Shown: one piece after another, positions 27,894 through 41,021 of the stretch
How the letters are laid out: the number at the start of each line of letters is the position of its first letter
How positions within the stretch are numbered: the first letter of the stretch is position 1
Assembly (NCBI RefSeq): GCF_018977255.1
Contig: NW_024704743.1
Span: 27,158,001 to 27,222,000 of the forward strand
Length of the DNA stretch: 64,000 nt
From: Callorhinchus milii
Lineage: Eukaryota
Direction of reading: 5' to 3'
Notes under the pieces: generated by a model
Told to the model about the DNA's origin: nothing
What the model saw: only the letters and a program-made list of their open reading frames with translations
Databases searched by the model: none
Position numbers and translations under genes: made by a program

Positions 27894-28213
27894 GTGGAGT
27901 CCTGTAGCTCATTGGTTAAAACACTCGCTTTTGCAAGCGAGAGATCTGGGTTCGATTCCCGGCAGGGTGAAACCTTGGGCAAGTTTCCTTACTTCCACAC
28001 GCCTGATAATAATCCCTAAAAAAAAAACAATAATAAATTGGTCACTTCAATCCACGACTGTTTGTGGGACACTGCTGCGCGCAATTGGCTACCACATTTC
28101 GCCCACAAAGTATACAGTCAATTCACTTTATAGTCTATTCTGTGAAGCACTTTGAGACGTCTAGAATACGTGAAAAGCGCTGTATCAAATGCAAGGATCA
28201 TTATTATTATTAT
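27894..28213 (+). mobile_element. tRNA-Ala-derived SINE, short form, directly after an L2 tail (27841-27893)
   Basis: GTGGAGTCCTGTAGCTCATTGG..GGTTCGATTCCC; body and tail intact. Confidence 0.92.
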
Positions 28214-28229
28214 AATGTTATTAATACAG

Positions 28230-28475
28230 GAAGTCCCGTCTGCCTGTTTAGATGGATGTTAAAGATCCCATGGCATTATTCACAAAGAGAAGGGAGTTTC
28301 TCCCGGTGTCCTGGCCAATAAATCCCCCAAATAAAATTGGTCACTCACTCCATGGCTGATTGTGGGACACTGTTGTGCACAACTGGCTGCTGTGTTTCGC
28401 TCACAAAATAACCAGTGTATCCTGTGAAGCACATTCAGATGTCTCAATGAGGATTATTATTATTGCTATTATTAT
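28230..28475 (+). mobile_element. DeuSINE-like core and tail
   Basis: CCGTCTGCCTGTTTAGATGGATGTTAAAGATCCCATGGCA..TCCCGGTGTCCTGGCCAA core. Confidence 0.75.
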
Positions 28476-29451
28476 GTTGTGAACTGGCTTATAATCGTTA
28501 TGACAATGGTGTCAATTAGTAGCATCTGCGGGGCTGAAATTGCTTGGGTTACGCCCACACACCTTCCATCCTTACTTCCAAATTGAATGTGAGGAGATGA
28601 TGGACTTTATGACATTCAAAATCTAGAATATATTCACAAAATTATCAACTGACAGCACTTTGGATTTAAAAGCAAGTTTCATGCCTTGCCCAATATTACA
28701 TAGGATCATTAGAAAATATTGTCCAAAGTGACATAACCCATCTATCTGCCAAAAGAGGAGTGTGTCGGAGGCATTCAATTGTCTGTGAACATTGTGTACA
28801 CACTGGACCACTTTTATATTTTTAATATGCTAGCTCTGTTTTGGCAGCAATAAATATGAAATTTTGAAGCTGGACTAAAATTCAGATAATGAATGTTAGA
28901 TGTACACCCAGCAAATAGATTGTCAAGAGCGAAAGCCAATGGGACTTATATTAATTTGTGAGAGATGCTCAGTGTTGTGTAAAACAGAGATTGCAAACAG
29001 CAGACAGTGTAATAACAGCAATTACATTATGAGCCCTTGGGCATATGGGCGGAAAGAAAATGTAAATACTCTTTCCCAGTGGATATGGTGATGTGGTTAA
29101 TTAAGTAAAACAATTATAGGGAATGATCATTATGTGTATACAAAAAGAGAGTTGTGACAACATAAGGTGATGCTGAAATAAACATCTGTAAAAGTGGTTT
29201 CCATTAGTTTCTAGATATTTAACCCAAACTGGGTTCATTTATTTAATTTTATAATGAAGTTACAGCACTACTGAGACTAACTGTTCACCTACAACATGTT
29301 ACATTTCATGAGAATCAAAGCAAAGATTAACAGTTCAATAAATTATTTCCAACATTCAATTGATAATTACAATTTTCATAAAATTGAGGTTGTATTCTAT
29401 CAAGTTGCAGCAACTAAACTCAAATGCTAAAGTCATTCAATCTATTTTAGA

Positions 29452-29785
29452 TGTCAACTTGGCTCAATTGGGAGCATTCTAGCCTCTAAATCAGAAGGTT
29501 GTGGATTTAAGTCGTGGTATTGAATTCACATTCCAGACTGACAATCAGGGGAGTGCTGCATTATCAAAGGTGCAGTATTCCTCTTTATCAATTAACAACC
29601 CCATTGAACTGTTCTCCCAATGTCCTGGCAAACAATCCTCCATAGAAATTGCAGGTCATGGCTGTGCGTGGGACACAGCTGTGCCCAAATTGATTCCTAC
29701 AGTCACCAACACATACTGCATGTCCCTCTGAAGTGCTTTCAGATATGTCAATTTTATAGGCACTATATCAAAGCAAAAAATATTC
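29452..29785 (+). mobile_element. DeuSINE/SacSINE-like SINE, degraded
   Basis: TTGGCTCAATTGGGAGCATTCTAGCCTCTAAATCAGAAGGTTGTGG head, core and tail. Confidence 0.7.
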
Positions 29786-30229
29786 TTACTCTCTCTTCTC
29801 CATTTCTGAATTCCAAAAGTGTTTCTCATTTGATTTCGAATGTCCTGGGAATCATTTTGCTCAATTTATTTGGTATAGCACCTCTTACAATCTGCAATTA
29901 TGATGGGAAATCCCATAATAACCATGCACCGATAGATTCACTATATGCAGCAAACAGACAGACTGGAATAAATTCTTTTGTGTTCACTTCTTTAGGCTAG
30001 CTAATTATATCAATTAGACTCAAATAGTTCTTCTGTGAAGAGCCTCTCCGCCTCTATCACTTTCAATATCTTCTAATATTGTAGTGCAATGGAGACTACG
30101 CATTCCCACCATGAATTGTAACTTGGCATCTACACAATCCACATCAAGTGGAGCATCTGTCTTCAATATTAACAGTGATTTTTTTTCAACAATGCGTTAA
30201 TATGTTAATACTAATGTTGGGTGTCATTC

Positions 30230-30700
30230 TGGTTTAGCAGGTATTTTCACCTCTAAATTTTGATGGTTTAGCAGGTATTCTCACCTCTAAATCAGAAGGT
30301 TGCAGGTTCAAGCTGGGTGGGACTTAGAATTCATATGACTTATAGTCTAGGTGGACACTCCAATACAGTGCTGGGGCTGTACTACATTATTGCAAGTGTC
30401 GACCTTCAGATGAGATTTAAACCGAAGTCCAATCGTTTGTTTCGGTAGATATTAAAGATAATAATAATAAAAATCGTTGTATTTGACTTAGCGCCTCATC
30501 ACATCTTATAGACATCTCAAAACGCTTCACAGCATATACTGTAAAGTGATTTGAAGATCCTATGTGACTGGCCAAAAAGAAAAGTGAGTTTGTCCTGGTG
30601 TTGTGGCCCACATTCCCCCAAATAAAATTTGTCATATACATCCTGGCTGTTTGTGGGACATTGCTGAATGTAAATTGGCTATCAAGTTTGCCAACAAAAT
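30230..30700. mobile_element. DeuSINE-like copy (+) containing an antisense SINE tail (30460-30550)
   Basis: Head with tandem duplication of GGTTTAGCAGGTATT.TCACCTCTAAAT, core CTTCAGATGAGA..TAAACCGA, resumed core TCCTGGTGTTGTGGCC. Confidence 0.6.
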
Positions 30701-31789
30701 ATACCCCTGTTAAGTCACATCTTAACTCACAAGTTTAAATCCATCTATAAAAGAAGCAAAGCTGACAGGTGGGGTGAGACAGTGGGTTTGGGTGGGGAAG
30801 GAGGTTGGAGAATGTGCAGGTATTATTTCTTCTACCTGTCCTCTCTCTTCCCGACCTCCCCCCACCCTCAGAGTTCAGAAAAAGAGGATGGAAGAACCCC
30901 AAGGGTTAGAATCACCTGATGTTTTTCATGCATGGAGTCTCCGGTCTGTTCCAGTCAAAACCTGTCTAATAATTTCAGTTTTCTTTTGGCAATGATATAA
31001 AGCGTTCATTTCCTCAGTTTCTGGACTCTTTCATGTATGCTACATTGAGACAAGCAATACAGGAGAGCTGTGTGCTTCTGTCCACCCAATGAACTCAACT
31101 CTTCAGCTTTATCCCAACCCTACTGTATGGTTGTAAAGAGGAAACTCTTTACAAACATACAACCATGTAAAATCACTTTTACAGTTGGTCTGCTACTTTG
31201 TCTGACTTCCGTTTGGGAATGTCTGCCTTGAAGTGCAATTAGATTGAAACCTTCCTTGTAATAGTCCAGGTTGCTTTAATACTTAATAGAAATATATTTC
31301 TTTCATATGCCCTAGTTCTCTCCAATCCACTTGTTAATGGGTGTGCTGTTGACTTATAAAGTGAAGAACTTACAGAAAATTGGTTTCAAAATGTATTTGA
31401 GAATGTTTGAAGTTCTGTGCATTCTGAAATGCTTCATTAATAGAGTAAGTCTAGACCCAGGTGGAATTTCTCCCAGCTCTCTCTCCACCAATTTGTACTT
31501 CATGCCGCTATGTATTTGCAAATCTATCCTTGAGTAAGGGACTGTGTTCAGAAGCTCACACTTGCTCCATGCTTACCACAACAGAAAGTAAATCTGTTCA
31601 AAATTGGTGCAATTTTGCAAGCATTATTTGGATTGTGCCCCTATGATCAAAGTTTAAATTTGAATAGAAATTAACTTAAGCTCAGACAGTCATGTCAGAA
31701 AAAAAATTATGTTGTACATAAATTATACATGAATCACACTTCTCAGGATGTTTTCAGGATAAACCTAATCTGCATATTATATAATGTTA

Positions 31790-31840
31790 GTATATTATAT
31801 ATTATATATATTATATATATACATATTATATATATATAAT
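31790..31840. repeat. Imperfect (TA)n microsatellite
   Basis: TATATTATATATTATATATA... run. Confidence 0.9.
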
Positions 31841-32019
31841 GTGTTGGTTACAGCTAGCCCTGCACAATTGTATTATTTTCCTTCAATCCCTAATATTTTC
31901 ATGTTTATTTTTCGGGCAAGTTTCCTACACACACATTGATAGCATTAATATTTACAGGAAACTGTATGTTGGTGGAATGTGCTATAAATGATAAATGCCT
32001 GTTCCTAGATAAACAATAG

Positions 32020-32262
32020 TGAGTGTGCTTCAGCTGTATCTCACATAACGCCTATTCGTGCACTGACCCGGGTTTGATTCCCAGGCAGGGTGAAAAGTTA
32101 GGCAAGTTTCACTACTCCATATGCCTTTGTTTACTTTGCAGTAAGTAAGAACCCAGTTGTTAGTCGACTGGTGGATCACCTTTCTGGGGCTAATAATCCC
32201 TTCAAAAAAACAAAAAAATTGTGGTCAATCCATGACTGTTTGTGGGACACTGCTGTGTGGAA
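32020..32262 (+). mobile_element. tRNA-Ala-derived SINE, long form, degraded and lacking its tail
   Basis: GGTTTGATTCCC..GGCAAGTTTC..CAGTAAGTAAGAACCCAGTTGTTAGTCGA..CTGTTTGTGGGACAC. Confidence 0.75.
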
Positions 32263-32699
32263 TGTTACCTTCATTTTGGAAATGTATGCACACTAGCAGT
32301 GAATGATTCAAATGGAAAAAGTAACACCTGATGATATTATCAAATGAATAATAATAATCCTTGCATTTGATATAGTGCTTTATCACATCGTTGAAATGTC
32401 TCAAAGCACTTCACAGAATATAATGTAAAGTGCATCGATTGTATTTTATGAGAACTACTGAAATCCCACCTCTGTTGCAGTCTCACTTGGCTCTATGGCT
32501 GGTGGATCCAACCCCAACGGTGCCACAATGCTTGAGCCCAATTTTGTCTGATAGTCACAAATGAACTTGCCATTATCTAACAGTCAATGATACTTTCTAC
32601 TTATCAAATCATTTTTAATGTCCAAATCATTTATATATGCACTGTGTTCATATTATTGTGTATGGATGGACTTAAACAATTAATAGTTAATCATAAATA

Positions 32700-32918
32700 T
32701 ATACCCGTCTGTCCATTCAGGTGGACGTTAAATATTCCATGGCACTATTTGAAAAGTGAAAGGAGTTTCCCCCACTGTCCTAGCCAACAATTCCCCAAAT
32801 AAAATTGGTCATTTCCTTTGTGTCTGTTTGTGGGAAATTTTTGTATACAATTTTGGCTGCTTTGTGATGTTCTCCTGATGTGAAAGGTGCTGTATCAAAT
32901 GCAAGAGTATTTATTATT
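32700..32918 (+). mobile_element. DeuSINE-like core and tail
   Basis: CCCGTCTGTCCATTCAGGTGGACGTTAAA..CCATGGCACTATTTGAA. Confidence 0.72.
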
Positions 32919-34170
32919 TTACCAGACTGGACTCTAATAGACTCTTAAGGCTGTGCTCAATGTATAATGGAGTAAACCTTAGCTGATGTACAATTATAAA
33001 TTGGTTTCTTACAAAGCTCAGAGTTACTCAACATCAACAAATATTCTATCTGACTGAACAGTTTGCTGATCATTGTAATATCATTTGATTATATTGCTTT
33101 GGTCTAAATGATACAGGAATCCTTACAAATTAGTTATTGCCTATGCCAGTTAATGTAATTTTGAAAACAAGCTGTGCAAATGCTAAAGGAGAAATATTTC
33201 ACATTGAACCGTCGCCAGTAGAGCTTCTTACTCCAAATTCATTCCTGCTAGCAACATTATTGCAGTTATAAACAATATTGTTACCTTATATTGGTTACCA
33301 TCAAAATGATTAATGTACTAAGATAACAACCATATTAATAATTTCCATGGTCAGTAGCCAATATAACGTGGTTTATTATTATGCATTAAGATATCAACTG
33401 TATTAATGGCAACAGAAATGCTACATATTTCTAATTCAATTTACATTTGTACATTAACTCTTTTTTTAAAACAAGATTTGGTTGAGTGAAACGATTAGCC
33501 ATGGTTATATATGCCAGTTACGCAGCTATTAAAAGAAAGAACTGCATTTCACTCTGTGCTTATTACAACTATGGCTCCACATGGCAGACCTTTGTCCTAG
33601 TTTGTCCAAGCAGCCCCAGTTGAACTAATGAAAAAGCTCCTTGCCCTATTTACAGTGAATGTGAATTCAGTCATTTCCTATATTTGATTTCTCTCCAGGG
33701 ATAAAAAAAGAACAATGTGACTACCTGAATATCTTTTATAAAAGTAAATGATTCAATCAAATCCCTTTTTAAATACATATTTAAACATATTTTAATATTT
33801 CTAACATCACTTTGTTAAACAAACATATATACTGACACACAAAGGGTTAAACCAAGCAACACAGTTTGGGGCAGAAGGGCCGAGTGGGGAGCAATCTTTA
33901 CTCCTAAGGACTTTATGAGGTTTAACCATTCACCTTCTCCACTGACATGGTCAGATACATGCACGCACACCTGTAGGATTAAAATTGCTCAAGTGCTGCC
34001 TACAAATTATCTTCCAACTCCTCTGCAGCAGTATGAAATAAGATCTAGCTTCACAAAGTAAATCTTAGTTGCGAGGCACTTTATAGCAAGATTGGGATTT
34101 TATCTGAAAGCTATTTAATGGTAAATCACATGCTCAGCAGTCAGAATCCCAAGGCCAAAAAAAACCTTTG

Positions 34171-35322
34171 CAACAACAACAAGATTACATTTGTATAGCG
34201 CCTTTCACGTTGGGAAGACGTCCCAAGGCGCTGGACAGTGTACAGCATTTCAGAACCGAGCTGAGGTTGGTGGGGGGGAGAGAGGGGAGGGGAAGGGGCG
34301 TGGCCGATGTCATGGTCGAAGAGGAGGGTCTTGAGGTGGGACTTAAAGGAGGCTAAAGAGGGACCGAGGCGGAGTGACTGGGAGATCGAATTCCAGAGGT
34401 TGGGGGCAGAGTGGCTGAAGGCTCTCCCACCAGTGGTGGGGCGTGTGGGTCGGGAGATGTGAAGCAGGCCAGAGCCGGCTGAGTGGAGGGAATGGGTGGG
34501 TTGGTAGGGGGTTAGGAGGTCACAGAGATAGGGTGGGGCGAGGTCATGGAGAGCTTTGTATGTGAGGACTAGGATCTTGAACTGGATCCTCTGAAGGATA
34601 GGGAACCAGTGGAGTCGGGCGAGAGTGGGGGAGATGGGGTCAAGGAGTTTGGTGTGGGAGAGGACACGGGCTGCAGAGTTCTGGATTATCTACAGCCTGT
34701 GGGGGGAGGAGTTGGGAAGGCAGACAAGCAGGGCGTTTGCATAGTCGAGCTTGAAGGTGATGAAGGCACGAACAAGAGTTTCAATGGCCTGAGGAGTGAG
34801 GTAGTGACGGAGTCGGGCGATGTTACGGAGGTGAGGAAAGGCAGAGCGGGTCATGACTTGGATGTGGGGAAGAAAAGACAGTTGAGGGTCGAACAAGACA
34901 CCTAGGTTCCTGACCGGTGAGAAGAAGTGTGCAACCATGGAGGTTGATTTTGCCAGTGCCTGAGGTGCAGAGGCGCTGGCACGAGCCAATCAGGAGAGAC
35001 TCAGTCTTGTTCACATTCAACTGTAGGAAATTTGCCCTCATCCAGGACTTGATGTCCGACAGGCAGTCTGTCAGGACATCAGTGTTCCTGGAGTTGAGGG
35101 TGGGGGCAGAAAGATAAAGTTGGGTGTCATCCGCATACATGTGGAAGTTGACCCCATGTCTGCGGATGATGTCACCAAGGGGGAGATGTAGATATTAAAG
35201 AGGAGAGGGCCAAGGACAGAGCCCTGGGGGATGCCAGACGTGACAGTGTGGGGGCTGGAGGAGTAACCCTTAGAGGAAACAAAGTGGAGATGGTGAGAGA
35301 GATAGGAATCGAACCAAGCAAG
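34171..35322 (-). mobile_element. L2 LINE, 5'-truncated, with RT catalytic motif
   Basis: Minus ORFs [26 protein letters not shown] and VRNLGVLFD..LRNIARLR..LDYAN; (GTT)n tail. Confidence 0.93.
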
Positions 35323-35581
35323 GTTCTATAGCTGTAAGGAACTAAAAGGAACTATGTAAGGAACTATAGCATCTCAATTAGATTCAATCTGGCTAAAATC
35401 TCCAAACACGCATAGTCGCAGGGATTTCATCCATTAGATTTACAAGACTTAAAAAAAAACAAATCATTACCTCCTCCTGAAATCATTAATGCTGAGACAA
35501 GCCCAGAAAATAGGAATATCATTCTCCTGCCTGCACCTCCAACTATTGCCTGCAGGTGGCCAAATCTTTCAGGTTTTCTGT

Positions 35582-35712
35582 ATAGAATCATAGAATTATA
35601 CAGCAAGAAGGAGGCTATTTGGCCCATCGTGTCTGCGCCAGCTCTTTGAAAAGAAAAATTAAGCCCACTGCCCCGCACTCTCCCCATAGCTCTCCAAACT
35701 TGTCCTCCTCAA
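35582..35712 (-). mobile_element. CR1 3' terminus
   Basis: ATAGAATCATAGAATTATACAGC..GGAGGCTATTTGGCCCATCG, antisense of the CR1 (ATTCTATG)n-type end. Confidence 0.75.
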
Positions 35713-37154
35713 ATAATTACCTAATTATTATCATGTCTCTCGCACCTCAAGTTGGCTAAATATTGGGTTGACTGGTGGCAAGGGTATTCTTCATCACAGT
35801 TGCTTTTGAATCTATTATTCACACAAAAATAGTCAGGAGGCAGCTTCAGGAATCAAATCAGGACATCCATCTCTGCTGCAGTATGAATCAGATTTGCCTG
35901 TGAGCAATTTTTAAAGTATATTTAAACTTAAAAACCTTTGGGTGATAAATGCAGTTTGTCATGTGATAATTATCATGTCATATGCTGGATTTTCCCATTA
36001 CTTCCATTAAGTTAAAAAAGTTCTTAGATGGTCCATTGACGATAGGTCCACCAGAGTCATAATTGTAACAGAGTGAAATGCAGTTTTAATCTTATTAGCT
36101 AGGTAACTGACAAATAATGGTCAAAAGGGTTATTCAATAACAGTTGCACCTAATCAAACTATACACTGTATCCTGAGATATTATTTTCTAACAGAAATCT
36201 ATCTAATTTGTTCTTCAACAAATGACATTTTCTGCTTCCACTGTCTTCCTTGGAAGCCTTTTCCAAAAGTTTACTATTCGCTCACTGATGTAGTGTTTCC
36301 GCAGATTTGTTCTGAATTTATCCCCCTTTAATCACAGGTTCTACTGTTCAGTACAACATAAAACAGCTCATCATGGTCTATATTATTCATTCTCTTGTTG
36401 TGTAGAAAACACATAAATCATAATTTAAATTAAATTATTTGTAGTTCTAATTAACTGTTTTGGGAATGCAAAATCAAAAATATAGTGTAGCATTTGGTGA
36501 TTATTGTTGTTTTGCTGTAATTCCTTTGCCAGCTAAGTTAAATATGAAGCTGGTGTGTTAAAGACGCAAGCATTTCCAGGAGAATGTAATTTGAATGCGT
36601 AACACAGTGCCAGTTAACAAAGTCTAATAAAAAAAAGAGTATTGATCATTTCTTGCCCTGCGCCTTGTTTCTCTCTTACATTCCAACAATCCCATTTCAC
36701 ATAAAAAGCAGCAGATCTGTCCCCAACTCAGCAGTGTGGCTTTGAATAGCTTCTGTGGAACCAGCTATTGCCTGTAGGCTTTTATACAGCAGGTGCTTCT
36801 GCTGTCATTTCCATATCCATTCATTTTGTGATTCGCAATGGATGGTTTTAGAGATTGGTAAACAATTTATCATTACTATAATTCCTTACAAACATATTTT
36901 TCAAAGATACCTCGTATCATGGATATCTAACAGTACTGGTAGATTTATGTTATGAAACCGCAACACTCAGCAACACATTCAGGAGTCATTGGTTTGGTGC
37001 TAAATTTAATTGCAATGGACGATGTATTACACTGCAATACGAATCCTTTTTTTAATTGATGATAATCATTGCATTTGATATAGCGCTTTTCGCGTCTGGA
37101 GGATGTCTCAAAGCACTTCTTAAGATTTATTGTAATGTGAAGTCTCTGTGTATC

Positions 37155-37538
37155 GAAGTCCTGTAGCTCATTGATTAGAGCTCTCGCTTCGCAAGTGAGA
37201 GACCTGAGTTTGATTCCCGGAATGACAAAACATTGGGTAAGTTTCCTTATTCCACGCACCTCAGTTTACCGAGCGATGAGTAGGAACCCAGTTGTTATTC
37301 GATTCGTGGGTCACTTTTCTGGGGGTAATAACTCCTTTTATAAAATAATAACAATAATTTGGTCACCCAGTTCACAACTGTTTGTGGGCCACTGCTGGGC
37401 TAAATTGGCTGCCACATTTCGTCCACAAAATATACAGTCAATTTTTCTTTACATTATATTCTGTGAAGTGATTAGACATGTCTTGAAGATGTGATTAGGC
37501 GCGATATCAAATGCAAGGATTATTATTATTATTATTAT
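37155..37538 (+). mobile_element. tRNA-Ala-derived SINE, long form; an antisense SINE tail lies just upstream (37058-37140)
   Basis: Head, long-form segment and (ATT)n tail. Confidence 0.88.
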
Positions 37539-37954
37539 TGTCAGTGTAATGGCGGAACTCTCCCTGTGATATTATTCATGAAGAGCTTACCTTGATGTAC
37601 AGAATTCAGTTAGGAGCTATCCCATATTGGGATGTGTAAGCGAATGCCTGGTAGGCATATACCTGCTGAAATTACCTTACTCCTTGAGCTAGGAAATCCT
37701 AGTGAGGATAGTCCGATTGGGAATATGGTAATGGCAGTGAGTCTGAACCAGAGCAGAATGAAATGTTAGGACAGTTGAGGGGTCCTAAAGCAGGCTTCAC
37801 GTTCTGTAGCTGCCTCACATGCAGAGAAAACTGGAGCATTTAACACATCCAGCACAGCCAAAGTAATTAGTGCTATTCACTTCCCCGTGGGAAATGTGGC
37901 AGAAGAGAATTAAGCTCATCCCCAATCTGGCGTGCTTAGGGAATCTAAAATAGA

Positions 37955-39023
37955 TAATGCCTATATAAACTACCTGCCTAAAGCAATCAAGGTCAACACA
38001 CTGGGGGGAGTGGGGGTGCTATCCTAGCGACATGCTGAGTGTTGAACCTCTGCTGATCAAGAGACTGCCTTACCGAAGAGATTGCCCGAGCTTGCTACTG
38101 AAGCAAACACTCTTGACTTGTACCGAAAGTGAGTGGAGGAAACCACCAGTTGGTTGTGTAATGATCCGATTTATTTCAGCAATCACTTAAACAGCCAGAA
38201 AGTTAAACAAGCCTAACTTGATCTTATAACTGAGACCATAGGTACAGTAAGATCGATATTACCCAATCCTACTGGGAAGAAGTGTTGACCCTCTATGCTT
38301 TATACGATCTTTCCAAAGTTACATCTTTCTTATAAGTGCTTTTTTTAACTCCGTCTTCCCTTCCCTGGTCTGAGTCACAAGCCTCCCTGCCTTTATCTCT
38401 AGTCTTTCCTCTGGGAAAATGGAACTGTAGCCCCCTCCACCCTCAAGCAACCAGTGGCCTTGAGAAGACCATTTTCCCGTTGGAAAAGAACTGATACGGA
38501 AAGAGAGAGAGAGATAGACACTTTCAGTTATTCCCTAATATTGTCTCATGACTTACTCACCACCTGCTTCCCTTATCCTGTCAGAGCCCTTTTTTCTCCC
38601 TGTCTCAGTATTCTTTGATCAACTCTAGGCCATGTTCTTCCAGGCCTTGCTATCACGAAGCTGAAATGAGACACTCAGACCAGAAAATGGCAGTCATGAG
38701 CCTGCCAATATTCTGTCATTTTCTAAACCAGTGTTTAATATAACAGCACTCCCGGCATGCACAAGTATATATATTTGTTAGCCATTATTTTCTTTAGTCA
38801 AGCTACCTTATCTTAAGAAATTCAAGCTATATTAGTACAATTTTACAATGTGGCTAATGCATATATAAACTACCTGCCTAAAGCAATCAAGGTCAACACA
38901 TTTTAGCTATCCTAGCTCCATGCTGAGTGTTGAACTCCTGCTGATCAAGTGACTGCCTTACAGAAGAGATTACCTGAGCTTGCTACCTGAAGCAAACACT
39001 CTTGACTTGTACTGAAAGTGAGT
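37955..39023 (+). repeat. Direct repeat pair of about 170-180 bp (37955-38134 and 38855-39023), LTR-like
   Basis: Both copies read TAATGC.TATATAAACTACCTGCCTAAAGCAATCAAGGTCAACACA...AAGCAAACACTCTTGACTTGTAC.GAAAGTGAGT. Confidence 0.9.
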
Positions 39024-39467
39024 ATAATAAGAAAGGCTTGCAGAAAGGTGTAAGTATAAGAGGATTCTTCTATAGAGTTTGCTTCTTGATGAAATATGTT
39101 TAAATCTGAAGTGTAATATTCAAACCTTGCTAACTTGACTATTGTCTGATGATAACCATGAGTAAATGCTTAATTGATTGAAGTCCAAGAGAGTGTCATA
39201 TTTGTTGCTGAGAGCTCCTGAGGTACAAATCTTACCAGCTGAAAGGTATTCACTGACCTCCGGGGGCCATACAACAAATGAAAGATGAAGTGTGTATTTA
39301 CCTCATTAAGCACCTTGCTGGGGCTTCCTGTTTTATAGTCCGCTGGATGATAAAGTCAATCAGTCTCAAGGAGGTCCATAGTCAGCCATGGATAACACTT
39401 TTTCAGGGAGTAGTGATGATGGGAAAGAAGAGCAACGTGTCTGCATGTATGCTTAGAACCCTGTTGT

Positions 39468-40350
39468 ATGTCAGCTTGGATCATTTGGTAGAACACCTTC
39501 CTCAGAGTCAAGTAGGTTGTGAATTCAAGCTCAAAATGGGCTTAAGCTCATAACCTCGGCTCCACCACTGTCTCACACCTCAGGTTTCCCTCGTGCACGC
39601 TTTCATTACATCGAGGCTTGACTATGCAAACTTCTTGCTTGTCGGTCTCCCCAATTCCTCCCTCCACAGGCTGCAGATCATCTGGAACACTGCAGCCCAC
39701 GTCCTCTCACGCACCAGGTTCCGTGACCCTCTCAGCCCCATCCTCGCCTGACTCCACTGGTTTCCCATCACACAGAGGATACAGTTCAAGATCTTGGTCC
39801 TCACCCTCCATGGTCTTGCTCACCCCTACCTCTCTGACCTCCTAACTCCGGGCCTTCAGCAACTCTGTCCCCACCCTCTGGAACTCCAATCCATAGTCCC
39901 TACACCTTGACTCCTCCCTTGGCTCCTTCAAGACCCATTTCAAGACCCTACTCTTTGATAGTGCTTTCGATCTCCCAGCTTCCCCGCCTGCCCTCCACCC
40001 TCCCCTACCCTGACCCCCAGCTCAGGTCCGAAACTCTGTCTGTCCAGAGCCTTGGGACGTCCTCCCAATGTGAAAGTCGCTTTGCAAATGTAATTTTGTT
40101 GTTGTTGTAGACTACGCTGACAATCTAGTTAATTGTCAGAGGCACTGTCCTTCAGATGAGACACTGAAGCCAAGGTCCCATCTCATCTGCCTGTTTATGG
40201 GATTGTTAAAGATCCCATAGCACTATTTGAAAAGAGAGTAGTGATTTACCCAGTGTTCTGACCAGCAGTACTCCAGATAAATTGGTCGTTCATCTTCTGC
40301 CTTTTTGTGAGACCATGCTGTGGCTGCTATTTTTGGCTACAAAAGAGGTC
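39468..40350 (+). mobile_element. DeuSINE-like SINE split by an L2 3' fragment (39556-40108)
   Basis: SINE head ends ..GCTCATAACCT, L2 C-terminus and (GTT)n tail follow, SINE resumes ..GCTGACA..CTTCAGATGAGAC..AAAGATCCCATAGCACTATTTGAA. Confidence 0.8.
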
Positions 40351-41021
40351 ACTTCATGTATATGGATCACTCAGCAAGCAACATTTGAATATTTAGTTTG
40401 AGAAACAATTCCACAGATAAATACTATGCACTTGATACTGGGGGGGAAATAAACAGGTTGTGATGTAAGCCCTGCTTCACAATAGCATTGCTGTACATAG
40501 GAATAAGTGCAGATAGAAATTATTGAGTGGTGCATGGGAAACAATTATTTCTATATTATTAGGTCCAAGGCAAGTAGGGACTGAAGGAAGGGAAGCTAGA
40601 ATTAGAAAGGAAGCAGGGTGTTTTTGAGTGATGGAGTTGCAGAGGTATCAATATTCTTGAAATTCTACCAGGATTTCTACTAGGATTTGAAATTCTAGCT
40701 ATACAGTACTTCTCTCATATAATAAAGTGAATGGGGTGAAGTTCTGGGTTTTGCATGGCTGTGGGAATATGGGCCTCATGCTTCTCAATCTCTGCCCTCT
40801 GATATTCTTTTTCCAAACACAGGATGAGAATATTCTCCTGGTACAGAATGGAATTACGTAGCTTGCAGCATGGAGGGCACTATATAAATTGCCATGTCCG
40901 GTGTGCAGACTGCTATATAAATCCAAGTTTTTGTTGTTGTTTCTTTTTGTCTCTAACTACTAGCAATGTAAATGTGATCATCTGCACTTTTCTCCTGATG
41001 AAGACATGAAGGTCAGCTAGG

